A stretch of 64,000 bases of DNA. Source: an uncultured Actinomycetota bacterium (lineage in GTDB: Bacteria; Actinomycetota; Acidimicrobiia; Spongiisociales; UBA5794). The stretch covers positions 10,867 through 74,866 of the forward strand of contig CAWEEG010000057.1 in assembly GCA_963808015.1 (NCBI GenBank), read 5' to 3'. The notes under the pieces were generated by a model. That model saw only the letters and a program-made list of their open reading frames with translations, did no database searches and was not told the origin of the DNA. This document shows positions 9,232-19,790 of this stretch, piece by piece. Position numbers and translations under genes: made by a program. Within the stretch, counting starts at the first letter, position 1; every line of letters starts with the position of its first letter.

Positions 9232-11885
9232 TCAGGAGAGAGGTTCGGCCCCAACGGCGCCGTGACAGCGCTTGTACTTCTTGCCGGATCCGCATGGACA
9301 CGGAGCGTTTCGGCCGACCTTCTCGCCGGACCGGACGACCTGCCTCGTCTTCATCTGCTGGACAGATTTCGCCGAAGAGGTAGTTACCGATGCCTGCGGG
9401 GCTTGCTTCTGCTGGACCACGTCAACGTGGAACATGTAGCGGGTGGCGTCGTGTTTCACGGCATCGACCAGTTCCTCGAAGTACGCAAAACCTTCCCGCT
9501 GGTACTCAACGAGCGGGTCGCGCTGCCCCATGGCACGCAACCCGATGCCGGACCTGAGATAGTCCATCTCCGCGAGATGCTCGCGCCACTTGTTGTCGAT
9601 CACCGACAGGACGACGGTCCGCTCGAGTTGTCGCATGACATCGTCGCCGAACTGCTCTTCCCTCGCGGCGTAGACGGCGTCGGCGTCGGCAACGTAGGCC
9701 TCGATGATCTCATCCGACGTGAGCGAGTCCGGGTCTGAGAACGACCCCTCTCCGATGGTCGTGTCGTAGAGGGCCTTGATACGCACTTCGAGATCGGCCC
9801 AGTCCCACTCTGACGAATCAATACCGGCGGTCATTCCTTCGACCTCGAGTGCGATTGATTCGGCTCGCCAATCTGCGAGGAGTTCAGCCGTGTCCACATC
9901 GTCGAGGATCTGGTTGCGCCATTGGTAGATGATCTGCCGCTGGGTGTTCATCACCTCGTCGTATTTGAGCACGTTCTTGCGAATCTCGAAGTTCTGCGAT
10001 TCGACCTGGGTTTGGGCCCGCTCGATCGCCTTCGACACCATCTTGTGCTCGATGGGCACATCGGGCGGAATCTTCAGCCGCTCCATGATCGAGGCGACCC
10101 GTTCGTTCGCGAACCGGCGCATCAGGTCATCCTCTAGAGAGAGGTAGAAGCGTGACTCACCGGCGTCACCCTGTCGGCCGGAACGACCACGCAACTGATT
10201 GTCGATGCGGCGCGAGTCGTGCCGTTCGGTCCCCAGCACATAGAGGCCGCCGGCGTCGATCACCACTTGCTTCTGTTCTTCGATCTCCGATTCGTATCGC
10301 TCGATAGCGTCCGCCAATGCCTGTGTCGTATCCCGGATCGGATTCCGGGATCTCCTTGCGAATCAGCTCACCAACGGCGAGTTCTTCTGGGTTCCCCCCA
10401 AGCTTGATATCCACACCGCGACCGGCCATGTTGGTGGCAACGGTGACCGCACCGGGTTGTCCCGCTTGAGCAATGATGTGCGCTTCACGCTCGTGCTGCT
10501 TGGCGTTCAGCACCTCGTGCTTCACCCCACGCTTCTTCAACGTCGCTGCAAGGCGCTCGGACTTCTCGATGGACACGGTTCCGACGAGAATCGGCTGCCC
10601 GTTCTTGCTCCGCTCTTCGATGTCATCCGCCAGCGCTGCAAACTTGTGGTCCTCGTCGAGATACACGACGTCGGCCTGGTCCATTCGAGCGATCGGCTGG
10701 TTGGTCGGGATCTCGAGAACGTCGAGACCGTAGATCTCGTGGAACTCGCCGGCTTCGGTGACGGCGGTTCCCGTCATCCCCGCCAGCTTCTCGTACATGC
10801 GGAAGTAATTCTGGAGTGTGATCGTGGCGAGCGTCTGATTCTCTTCTTTGATCGCGACGCCCTCCTTCGCCTCGATGGCCTGGTGAAGACCCTCGGAGTA
10901 GCGGCGGCCCTCGAGCACGCGGCCCGTGAATTCATCGACGATCATGACCTCGCCGTTGCGAATCAGGTAGTCGACATCTCGTTGGTACAACCCCTTGGCT
11001 TTCAGGGCAACATCGAGGTGGTGGATGAAGTCGACGTTGGCATGGTCGTACATGTTCTCGACGCCGAGGATCTCTTCCACCCGCGTGACCCCGGTTTCGG
11101 TCACGACAACCTGGCGCTTCTTCTCGTCAACCTCGTAGTGCTCATCCCTCCTGAGCCTGTCCGCGATGCGAGCAAACTCGCGGTACCACTTGCCGGTCTC
11201 GCCCGACCCTCCCGGAGATGATGAGCGGTGTCCGTGCCTCATCGACCAGGATCGAGTCAACCTCGTCGACTATCGCGTAGTGGTGGCCGCGTTGCACGCG
11301 GTCCTCCGGGCGCATCGCCATGTTGTCGCGGAGATAGTCGAAACCGAACTCGTTGTTCGTCCCGTACGTGATGTCGGCGCCGTACGCAGGCATACGCTCG
11401 TGCGGCAGCATGTCGGCTTGGACGAGCCCGACCTCAAGGCCGAGAAAGCGGTGGATCAGTCCCATCCAGTTCGAGTCGCGCTTGGCCAGGTAGTCGTTGG
11501 TCGTGACGAGGTGGACCCCTTCACCGGACAGAGCGTTGAGGTAGGACGGCAACGTCGACACCAGCGTCTTGCCCTCACCGGTGCGCATCTCTGAGATCAT
11601 GCCTCGGTGGAGTGCCCCTGCGCCGATGATCTGAACGTCGAATGGCCGCTCGCCGAGCGTTCGTTTCGCGGCTTCCCTCACGACCGCAAAGGCCTCTTCT
11701 TCGAGATCGTCGACCGGTTCACCGGCGCCAACGCGGTTGCGGAACTCAACCGTCTTCGCGACGAGGTCGGCGTCGCTCAGGATCTCGGTCTCGGGTTCGA
11801 GCGCGTTCACGCGCCCGACCAGAGCCTCGAGTTCTTTGAGCCGCTTGCCCTCACCGATCCGGAGAGCTTTGGAGAAGATGGACAT
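9232..11885 (-). CDS. secA: Preprotein translocase SecA (split over three frames by indels near 11205 and 10318)
   Basis: [57 protein letters not shown] motif [14 protein letters not shown]. Confidence 0.97.
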
Positions 11886-12107
11886 GTGATCCGATGATAC
11901 GGGGATAAGGGGGTTTGTTGGGCCGCGTGTGGAACGTTTGCGCGTTCCGACTGAGACCGTTGGCCACCAAGACCAGAGCGCCGGATGCGACTCAGGTCGG
12001 TCGTTGACGACCAGACCGACTCCCCAAGGGAATCATCCTCATTCGCCCGGCCACATCGCCCAACGTCTGCGAGCCGTGAACTCACGCTCGACGGGACGTG
12101 GTGTGCC

Positions 12108-12503
12108 CTAGTGGTGATGCTCGTCGGCGTCGGCCTCGGCCTTGGTTCGATGCACCGTGCCATCGGGGTGTTCCGGAGGGGAGTAGATCGAATACAGCTT
12201 CAGGTCTTCGTCCCCGATGTTGACCACGTTGTGCCACACGCCGGCGGGGACGATCACGGCCCAATCGTCCTCGATCTCGTGGCTCTCGTCAACACCGTCG
12301 ATTGACTCACCGAAGTCGACACGTGCGACTCCCTGTTCCAGTCTCAGGAATTGATCCAACTCTGAGTGGGCCTCCCAGCCGACTTCTCCACCCGGCGGAA
12401 CCGACATGACGGTGAGTTGGCTGTGTGCGCCAGTGTTGACCACCGTCCGGAAGTTGTTGTTGTCTGTGGTGAGTTCCTCGATGTTCGCGACCCATCCGAG
12501 CAT
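12108..12503 (-). CDS. Cupin domain protein
   Basis: GWEAH...DQFL, VPAGVWHNVVN, LYSIYSPPEH; SD-like GGAAAGGGG before ATG 12503. Confidence 0.88.
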   Translation of the reverse strand: MLGWVANIEELTTDNNNFRTVVNTGAHSQLTVMSVPPGGEVGWEAHSELDQFLRLEQGVARVDFGESIDGVDESHEIEDDWAVIVPAGVWHNVVNIGDEDLKLYSIYSPPEHPDGTVHRTKAEADADEHHH

Positions 12504-12677
12504 GGCGCCCCTTTCCTCAGGTGGTGATTCTACAGGCCGGCATCCATGCCCCTGCCGGCGAGCGGTACCGCTGGGTGAAGTGCGTCGCTGCACGTCGGTG
12601 GAGACCAACCCACGACGATTGCGCCATGAAGGGACCCTGCTGTTGCGGGATCTGGCGGTAGCCGGCGACTCCGCTGC

Positions 12678-13328
12678 TCACGAAAGTGTGATCAGGTCCT
12701 CACGTACTGCGTACAACACGGCTTCGCTTCGCGAGTGCAGGCCGAGTTTGTCGAGGATGTTGCGGATGTGGTTCTTCACCGTGTTCTCGGAGATGAAGAG
12801 CAGCGTTCCGATCTGACGGCTCGTTTGGCCTTGTGCCACAAGGGAGAGCACCTCGATCTCACGCCCTGTGAGAACGGGTTTCCTCGATTGCAGAAGTTCC
12901 TGATGCCGGAGGAGCTGGCGGGTCACGTCGAGGAGTTTGCCTGCCATGTTCGGAGACACGGCCGCTCCCCCACCGTCAACAGCCTTGAGTGCACCCACGA
13001 GGTCCTCGAACGGCGCATCCTTCGTCACGTAACCACGAGCACCGGCTTTGACCCCCACAAGCAGGTCTTCCTCGGACTCGCTGGCGGTGAGCAGAATGAC
13101 ATTCGCGCCTGGCGCAACCGCGCCGATCTTCTCGACCACCTCGAGGCCCGAGATTCCCGGCATCAGGATGTCGAGAAGGACCAAGTCCGGTTGATGTTCC
13201 TCAGCGGCCGTGACAGCGGCTTCCGCACCACCGGCCTCGGCAACAACCTCGAACCCAGCATCGCGGAGTGCGGATGCGAGGCCCGCACGGAACAGCGGTA
13301 CGTCGTCTACGACGAGCAGTCTTTTCAT
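12678..13328 (-). CDS. NarL/LuxR-family response regulator
   Basis: Receiver domain (VVDD, DLVLLDILMP) plus LTGREIEVL...TVKNHIRNILDKL HTH. Confidence 0.93.
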   Translation of the reverse strand: MKRLLVVDDVPLFRAGLASALRDAGFEVVAEAGGAEAAVTAAEEHQPDLVLLDILMPGISGLEVVEKIGAVAPGANVILLTASESEEDLLVGVKAGARGYVTKDAPFEDLVGALKAVDGGGAAVSPNMAGKLLDVTRQLLRHQELLQSRKPVLTGREIEVLSLVAQGQTSRQIGTLLFISENTVKNHIRNILDKLGLHSRSEAVLYAVREDLITLS

Positions 13329-13352
13329 ATCGTCTCGGCCACCCCGGCTCGG

Positions 13353-13901
13353 TTATTCCGGCTCAATCATCCCGAGATCGCCGTCCCGTCGGTAGTAGAT
13401 CACCGACTGCTTGCCTGTGTCTCCGTCGAGGAAAACGAAGAAGTCGTGTCCGAGCATCTCCATCTGCAGTGCAGCTTCCTCGACCGACATCGGCCGCATC
13501 GTGAATCTTTTCTTCCTCACAACAACGGCATCTCGGTCCAGTGAGTCATCGACCGGATCCTCCATCGGGTTGAGGTCTTTGTGGCTTGCCTTGCGAGATC
13601 TTTGAATGAGTCGCTCTTTGAGCCTTCGGAGTTGGCGTTCGTATTTGTCTGATGCGGTGTCGAGTGCCGCCCGAGCGTCAAAGGCGTCGGCTTCGACGCG
13701 CACGATTTGCCCAGCAGCATTGGACGTGATCTCAACGCGATACCGGGCATCGGTCTGCCTCGGGTTCCCGTTTTCGGAGAACTCGACGTCAACGCTGGTG
13801 ACATCGTCGAAGATCCTCCCAGCGTGCTCGACCTTCTCGTGAGCGAGTTCGCGGACATCGTCGGCGATCTCGGTATTCCGCGCATGGATCCGAACGTTCA
13901 C
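13353..13901 (-). CDS. hpf: Long-form ribosome hibernation promoting factor (HPF/RaiA)
   Basis: GTG start after AGGAG; S30AE domain plus PMSVEEAALQMEMLGHDFFVF...YRRDGD C-terminal domain. Confidence 0.93.
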   Translation of the reverse strand: MNVRIHARNTEIADDVRELAHEKVEHAGRIFDDVTSVDVEFSENGNPRQTDARYRVEITSNAAGQIVRVEADAFDARAALDTASDKYERQLRRLKERLIQRSRKASHKDLNPMEDPVDDSLDRDAVVVRKKRFTMRPMSVEEAALQMEMLGHDFFVFLDGDTGKQSVIYYRRDGDLGMIEPE

Positions 13902-14617
13902 TCCTGCTCCCTTCCGTGACACACGTGGCCCCGCGTCGGCCCATCCGGACACGTCAAACCGACTGAGTCGATCATTCGAGCGCGGAGGGTGCTCCGGTCG
14001 ATCCGACCGCTTGACGGTGAAACCGCCACTACACCTCCAGATGGGCCAATTCCTTGTTCCACTCTACTCGCGCAGGTCGCCACCAGGACAAGAGTCGGAA
14101 GACCCCGAAGTGCGACCGCTGCCGCACGGGCCGTCGCTCCGGTCGTGAGGACATCGTCGACGAGTGCGGCACCTTGCGGAACCGGTTCTCCCGTCGCTGC
14201 GAACGAGATGGCGGACCGCTGGCTTCTGGTGCGCCCGGCGTGTCGGCGCCACCACCAGCGTGGCCGGACACCGGCAACAACCGGCAGGCCGGTTCGGTGT
14301 GCGATTGCGGCTGCGAGTACTGCGGCGGGGTCCACGCCGTATCGGAATGCTCGGAGCCTCGCCCGGGGTATCGGCACAAGCGCGGTCGCTGTGGCAGGAA
14401 GACGATCCGCCATGGCGTCGGCGAGAGGCCCCGCGGCGGCAACCACCGCCCGGTACTTCAACGCATGGACAAGCCGTCGAGCGGTTCCTTCATGCAGGTA
14501 TCCGGCTACCCCGAGCAACCCCGGCTCAACCGTCACCTCGGGAGCACCCTGAAGCCCAAGACGGCAGCGAGCACAAAGATCCCCAGAACACGGCATGGTG
14601 CAGGCGAGACAGAACAT
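13898..14617 (-). CDS. comF: ComF-family phosphoribosyltransferase-like protein
   Basis: N-terminal Cys cluster, LVHALKY, LVDDVLTTGAT. The last ~50 codons overlap the hpf leader and look like read-through. Confidence 0.85.
   Translation of the reverse strand: MFCLACTMPCSGDLCARCRLGLQGAPEVTVEPGLLGVAGYLHEGTARRLVHALKYRAVVAAAGPLADAMADRLPATATALVPIPRARLRAFRYGVDPAAVLAAAIAHRTGLPVVAGVRPRWWWRRHAGRTRSQRSAISFAATGEPVPQGAALVDDVLTTGATARAAAVALRGLPTLVLVATCASRVEQGIGPSGGVVAVSPSSGRIDRSTLRARMIDSVGLTCPDGPTRGHVCHGREQE
13902..14055 (-). ncRNA. Candidate structured RNA / 5' leader upstream of hpf
   Basis: 12-bp closing stem (14036-14047 with 13938-13949), further internal pairings, and a TAGAGT -10 at 14061-14066. 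Confidence 0.55.
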
Positions 14618-14657
14618 AGGACAACGGTACCGGGAGCGAAAGACAGATTCTCAGCAT

Positions 14658-14763
14658 AGACCTAGACCACTTAGACCCGAGACGCTAGACAAGACCGCCG
14701 CGGCCAAGATGTCTCGTGTCTCGAGTCTCGTGTCTCGGGTCTCGTGTCTCGTGTCTCGGTCTC
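14658..14763. repeat. Bipartite inverted heptamer array, copy 1
   Basis: Degenerate AGACNN(N) arm at 14658-14696, short spacer, then about 8 GTCTCGN units at 14711-14763 abutting the ahcY stop. Confidence 0.85.
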
Positions 14764-16011
14764 CTACGTTCCTTCTTCCCACGACTCCAGGTACTTCGCT
14801 TGCTCTTCGGTCAGTGTCTCGAGCGTCGCGCCCATCGCGGCGAGCTTGAGACGGGCAACGTCTTCGTCGAGTTCACGCGGCAGGGTGTAGACATCCGGCG
14901 GCAGGTCACCGCCTCCGTCCACGAGCCACTCAGCCGCAAGAGCTTGGTCGGCGAACGACATGTCCATGACGTCGGCGGGATGCCCTTCGGCGGCGCCGAG
15001 GTTCACCAGCCTGCCTTCGGCCACCACGATGATCCGCCGACCATCGGCCAGTTCATACTCCTCGAGGTTGTCGCGAATCTCCCTACGGGCAACGGCCATC
15101 CCGTCGAGTCCCTTGAGATCCAGTTCAACGTCGAAATGCCCGGCGTTGGCAAGGATCACGTTGTCCTTCATGACGGCGAAGTGCTCGGGTCGGAAGATGT
15201 GAATGTCGCCCGTAGCGGTAAGGAACACGTCTCCGACCGGGGCGGACTCCGCGGCCGTCATCACCCGGTACCCCTCCATCGCCGCAGAGAGGGCGCGGAT
15301 CGGGTCAACCTCGATCACAACAACGTTCGCACCGAGACCCGCCGCACGGCGGGCGATACCCCACCCGCAATCACCGAATCCTGCCACGACCACCGTTCTG
15401 CCTGCGAAAAGGATGTTGGAGGCCCGGAGGATCCCGTCAAGAGAGGACTGTCCGGTCCCGTGCCGGTTGTCGAAGAGGTGTTTCGTCGCAGAGTCGTTGA
15501 CCGCGACCACCGGGTACCGCAGCACACCGGCGGCTGCCATCGCCCTGAGGCGAAGGACACCCGTGGTCGTCTCCTCGAGTCCCCCAAGGATCGGCTGAGT
15601 CGTTCGCTCCCTGTGCAGGACCGTTGTGGTATCCGCCCCGTCATCGAAAACGATGTGCGGCTCGGTATCGAGGATCGCGTTGATGTGCCGGTAGAACGTC
15701 TCCGAGTCCTCCGCTCGGACGGCATAGACGGGGATGCCGTCGTCGACGAGAGCCGCGGCGACATCATCCTGTGTCGACAGCGGATTCGATGCACAGAGCA
15801 CCACCTCCGCTCCCCCGGCACGCAGCGTCTTCATGAGCACCGCAGTCTCGGTGGTGACGTGCATACACGCCGCAACCCGAATACCTTCGAGGGGGCGTTC
15901 CGCCTCGAAGCGCTCTCGAATCGTCGCAAGGACCGGCATCCTGCGATCGGCCCAGGCAATCCTTTGGTGTCCCTCTCCGGCGAGGGTTGGATCGGCGATG
16001 TCGTAGTTCAC
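14764..16011 (-). CDS. ahcY: Adenosylhomocysteinase
   Basis: ASNPLSTQDD, EETTTGV, KHLFDNRHGTGQS, NAGHFDVE, EGRLVNL, GHPADVMDMSF. Confidence 0.97.
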   Translation of the reverse strand: MNYDIADPTLAGEGHQRIAWADRRMPVLATIRERFEAERPLEGIRVAACMHVTTETAVLMKTLRAGGAEVVLCASNPLSTQDDVAAALVDDGIPVYAVRAEDSETFYRHINAILDTEPHIVFDDGADTTTVLHRERTTQPILGGLEETTTGVLRLRAMAAAGVLRYPVVAVNDSATKHLFDNRHGTGQSSLDGILRASNILFAGRTVVVAGFGDCGWGIARRAAGLGANVVVIEVDPIRALSAAMEGYRVMTAAESAPVGDVFLTATGDIHIFRPEHFAVMKDNVILANAGHFDVELDLKGLDGMAVARREIRDNLEEYELADGRRIIVVAEGRLVNLGAAEGHPADVMDMSFADQALAAEWLVDGGGDLPPDVYTLPRELDEDVARLKLAAMGATLETLTEEQAKYLESWEEGT

Positions 16012-17001
16012 GGCTTTCCTTTCGCGAGCATGATCTTGAATTCCTCGAGTGTTTCAACGGGTGTCGGATCGACGCCTGCGTCCTCGGCCATGAAGACGGA
16101 GGCGACATCCCCAACGACGGCAAGGCTGAAGAACCGCGCCAACGGATCGATCCCGGCAGACCGAACCTCACCGACCCGGCGCACATTGCCGAACAGGACC
16201 GTTCCGCACAGATCGAGGCGTCTCACCACAGCGGGGTGATCCCCGGAATCCCGGAGGTAGACCAGCCCGAACCCTCCGCTGGCCTCAGGGCGCCAACCTT
16301 CGAGTTCGTTGTGGTTCATTTCCGGCACGGTCCCCGAAAAGGCCGGGGCTTTGGTGTTCTCGTTGATCTGAGTCTTCCAGCGATACGCTGCGGTAGCGCC
16401 GACGCCGCGGCCTCCGTAGATGACTGCGGTGCGGTTCGCGAGACCGGCTGCGATATCTCTGCCGAGCACGAACGCTCCGCCTTCGCCCCCATCGAGGAGC
16501 TGCTCGACCGTGTCCGCCGCTTCGTCCAAGGCTCTGTCGACCGAGGAGAGTTGACCGGCGGCGGCCAGCATCGCAGCCACGGCTGCGGTCTGAAAGCCAA
16601 CCCCGGCTCGTGGCTGGAGGCCACCGGGGACCTGGGCATAGGGCAGGCCACGATCGGATGCGATCTCGGCGAGACGCCCACCCGATGCCACCGCGGCAAT
16701 GGAGAGCCCCTCGGAGATCGCAGCGTCTACGCCGGAGAGCACCTCTTCGGTGTTGCCGCTGTAGGAGACCGCAATCACCGAGGCACCGCTGTCGGCAGCC
16801 CAGTTCGGCAACCCATAACCACGATGAACGACCATGGGCACCCGCGGTGAGGCGGCCTGGGTCGCGACCGTCGCGGCCATGGCCGAACCGCCCATGCCAA
16901 GCAGCACGATCGGTCCGTCGGTTCGAAGCGGCTCGAGTTCGAGCCCGGTGCCCCACCGAAGCTGTTCGGGCAGGCTCGAGAATGTCATTGATCATCGTCA
17001 T
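16008..17001 (-). CDS. Bifunctional phosphoglucose/phosphomannose isomerase (SIS domain)
   Basis: GMGGSA, SYSGNTEE, RWKTQINENTK, PEMNHNE. Track ORF starts at 16988; ATG 17001 is plausible with an indel. Confidence 0.9.
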
Positions 17002-17180
17002 CGTTCTGCGGGGGTGGCTTCTTCGATCAACATCACCGGTATGCCCTCCCGTACCGGGTATTGGAGGCCGCAGTTCGCGCACACCAGGGCCGGAGGTTCG
17101 AGACGCTCCTTCAGCGTGCCCGCGCAAGATGGGCACTGCATGATCTCAAGCAGATCTTGATCGATCAGATGGTCGGTCAC
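16998..17180 (-). CDS. Trm112-family protein
   Basis: LLEIMQCPSC...C..C...YPVREGIPVML. Confidence 0.9.
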   Translation of the reverse strand: MTDHLIDQDLLEIMQCPSCAGTLKERLEPPALVCANCGLQYPVREGIPVMLIEEATPAER

Positions 17181-18514
17181 GTTCCCTCCTCGATGATGGA
17201 AGCCACAGCGGCGACAAGTTCGTCAACGCCGGCGGCATCGGGGGCCTCCGCATTGAGCCTCAGCTTCGGTTCGGTATTCGATGGTCGCAGATTGAACCAG
17301 CGGTCACCGAGATCAACGGTGAGCCCATCGAGATGGTCGATCGCCGCATCACCGAACGCATCTGCAACGGCGGCGGTTGCGGCTTCCTGATCGACACGTC
17401 GTAGTTGATCTCGCCGCTGCCGACGTAGGGCTCGTAGTCGGCTCTCATCTCCGACAGGGGCCTCCCGTCCTCGGAGAGCACCTGCATCAGCACAAGCAGT
17501 GCGAGGATCCCGGAGTCTGCCCGGTAGTTGTCCCTGAAGTAGTAGTGGCCCGAGTGTTCGCCACCGAAAACGGCTCCCGTCTCTTTCATCACTTGCTTGA
17601 TGAACGAGTGGCCGACCCTTGTTCGCACGGGGGTTCCACCGGCTGCCAGCACTCGTTCGGGGACTGCCTTCGAACAGATGAGATTGTGGACGATGGAGGC
17701 GCCGGCCTCGCGGCTGAGGAACCAGTCGGCAATGAGCGCGGTCGTGGTGGATCCGGGAAGCGGAACACCCTGATCGTCGACAAAGAACGCACGATCGGCG
17801 TCTCCGTCGAATGCGACCCCGAGATCGGGGCGTTCGAGGTCCATCAACGACAGCAAGTCGGCAAGGTTCTCGGGCCGCAGGGGATCCGCCGGATGATTCG
17901 GGAATGTCCCGTCGGGTTCCAGGTAGAGCCCGATCAAGCGCGCGGGAAGACGATCGAACACCGATGGCAGGGCGATACCCGCCATCCCGTTGCCGCCGTC
18001 GGCCACAACCGTCAGCGATGCGAAAGCGTCGGCATCGACCACCGTGAAGAGATGGTCGACGTAGCCCTCGAGGATCCCCACTTCTTCAACGGAGCCCGGC
18101 GTGGCCGCGCCCGGCTGCGGGCGCAATGCGAGCTGCCTTGACCTCCCGAAGCCCGGACTCTTCGCCAACGGGAGCCGCACCGGCGAGGCAGAACTTCAGC
18201 CCGTTGTACTCAGGGGGGTTGTGTGAGGCAGTCACGATGACACCGGGAAGGTCCATCGATCCGGAGACGAAGTAGAGCGCATCGGTAGTGATCTCACCGA
18301 GTTCGGCGACATCAACCCCGGCGCTGGTGATCCCGTCGATGAGCGCAGCCGCGATCGAGGGTGACGAGATCCTGCAATCGCGTCCAACGGCGATCCGGTC
18401 GACACCGGCGAAGACGGCGAATGCATACCCAGCTGCACGTGCCACGGTCTCGTTGATCTGGGACGGATAGAGTCCGCGGACGTCGTAGGCCTTGAAGATG
18501 GTGTCGAGTTCCAT
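17177..18514 (-). CDS. manB: Phosphomannomutase/phosphoglucomutase (indels near 18125 and 17392)
   Basis: IFKAYDVRG, TASHNP, FDGDADR, GGEHSGHYYF; the C-terminal RPSNTEP motif is in a third frame. Confidence 0.93.
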
Positions 18515-18588
18515 GCCAGGATTGTACGGTCGGTCGTGTGCAGGCCGGGTTCCTGTTTTCCCACGCCCTTCCTACACTCACGTTCACC

Positions 18589-19296
18589 ATGGCCTCTGAA
18601 GCACGGACGACCATCTCGGTCGTGATCCCTGTTCACAACGAATCCGACTACATCGCCGGCGCGATCGAGGAACTCTTCGCCGAGATCGCCGACGTCCCTG
18701 CGTCAATCACCGTGCTCATCGCCGAGAACGGCTCGACAGACGGGACGGCCGACAAGATCCGCCGACTGATGCCGACCTATCCGAATCTCGCCTTGCTCGA
18801 ACTCCCAACACCGGATTACGGCGCTGCGATGCGCGAGGGTTTCCTCGCCACCGATGGTGAGTGGGTGGTCAACTTCGACATCGACTACTTCTCGGCCGAC
18901 TTCCTCAGATCCGTGCTCGACGTCGGCCCCGATGTCGATCTGGTGCTGGCCTCAAAACGGGCCGAAGGTGCAGACGATCGGAGGAGCCCGGTTCGCCGGT
19001 TCGCAACGTATACGTTCAACCAGATTCTCAGGTTCGTTCTGTCGTCCGGGGTCTCCGACACACATGGCATGAAGGCGATCCGCCGACGCGTGATCGATCA
19101 AGTCGCCGGCGACGTGATCTCGACACAAGACCTCTTCGACACGGAATTGGTCGTACGAGCCGAACGCGCCGACTTTCGGATCGTCGAGGTTCCTGCCCTG
19201 GTTGAGGAGAAGCGCGAGGCGAAGACGAGCCTCGCCACTCGCGTACCGCGAACGCTCAGGGGTGTATGGCGGATCCGAGCGAGCCTGGACACCTGA
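18589..19296 (+). CDS. GT2 glycosyltransferase (polyprenol-phosphate sugar synthase-like)
   Basis: SVVIPVHNE, ENGSTDGT, DID, SDTHGMKA, FDTELV. Confidence 0.88.
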   Translation: MASEARTTISVVIPVHNESDYIAGAIEELFAEIADVPASITVLIAENGSTDGTADKIRRLMPTYPNLALLELPTPDYGAAMREGFLATDGEWVVNFDIDYFSADFLRSVLDVGPDVDLVLASKRAEGADDRRSPVRRFATYTFNQILRFVLSSGVSDTHGMKAIRRRVIDQVAGDVISTQDLFDTELVVRAERADFRIVEVPALVEEKREAKTSLATRVPRTLRGVWRIRASLDT

Positions 19297-19331
19297 CGGC
19301 GAAGAGGTCGATGCGCTGAAGCGCGAAGCGC

Positions 19332-19790
19332 TCACGCATCGAGTGCGCTGGTCTCCTTCTTGCGGATCGCCTTGTCGAACACAAGGTCCCGGTATGAGGC
19401 GAATTTCGGGATCAGGATCACGATCGACGTGACGAGATACACCACGTTGGCAGCGATGGTCGACAGGGGTCCAAAGAGGCCTTCCGCAAGCCACATGGTC
19501 CCTGCGGTTCCTGCCCAAGCCGCCAGATTCACCAGGTAGAAATTGGCGGTCTCGCGGCCGGAGACCCTTCCCTCCTTGATCTCAAAGGTCCAGGCCCGGT
19601 TGAGGAGATACGACATGAATGTCGTAATGGCGAACGCAGCACTCACGGCAACAACGGACCACCATCCCAGCCTGAGGAAGACGTTGAACAGAAGGAAAGA
19701 AACAACCGTGTTGGCGATACCGACGAGCCCGACCTTCATGAATTGCTCCAGCGCTTCTTTCGTCATGAAGCTGGCGAGGTAGTTCCTCAT
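19332..19790 (-). CDS. GtrA-family lipid-sugar flippase
   Basis: Four TM helices; QFMKVGLVG..NT, SYLLNRAWTF, YRDLVF. Confidence 0.88.
   Translation of the reverse strand: MRNYLASFMTKEALEQFMKVGLVGIANTVVSFLLFNVFLRLGWWSVVAVSAAFAITTFMSYLLNRAWTFEIKEGRVSGRETANFYLVNLAAWAGTAGTMWLAEGLFGPLSTIAANVVYLVTSIVILIPKFASYRDLVFDKAIRKKETSALDA

Noticed and set aside
9232-11885. Frameshifts in secA (and ftsE, manB, the carboxylase beta subunit, E2, lpdA, sufS) as pseudogenes or programmed recoding
   Set aside because: These are essential genes with all motifs intact and isolated indels without slippery-site signals; sequencing or assembly error is the simplest explanation.
14716-16239. Long antisense ORFs (e.g. 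14716..16239, 34384..35799, 37920..39323, 49874..51262)
   Set aside because: Typical high-GC shadows of recognisable genes on the opposite strand.
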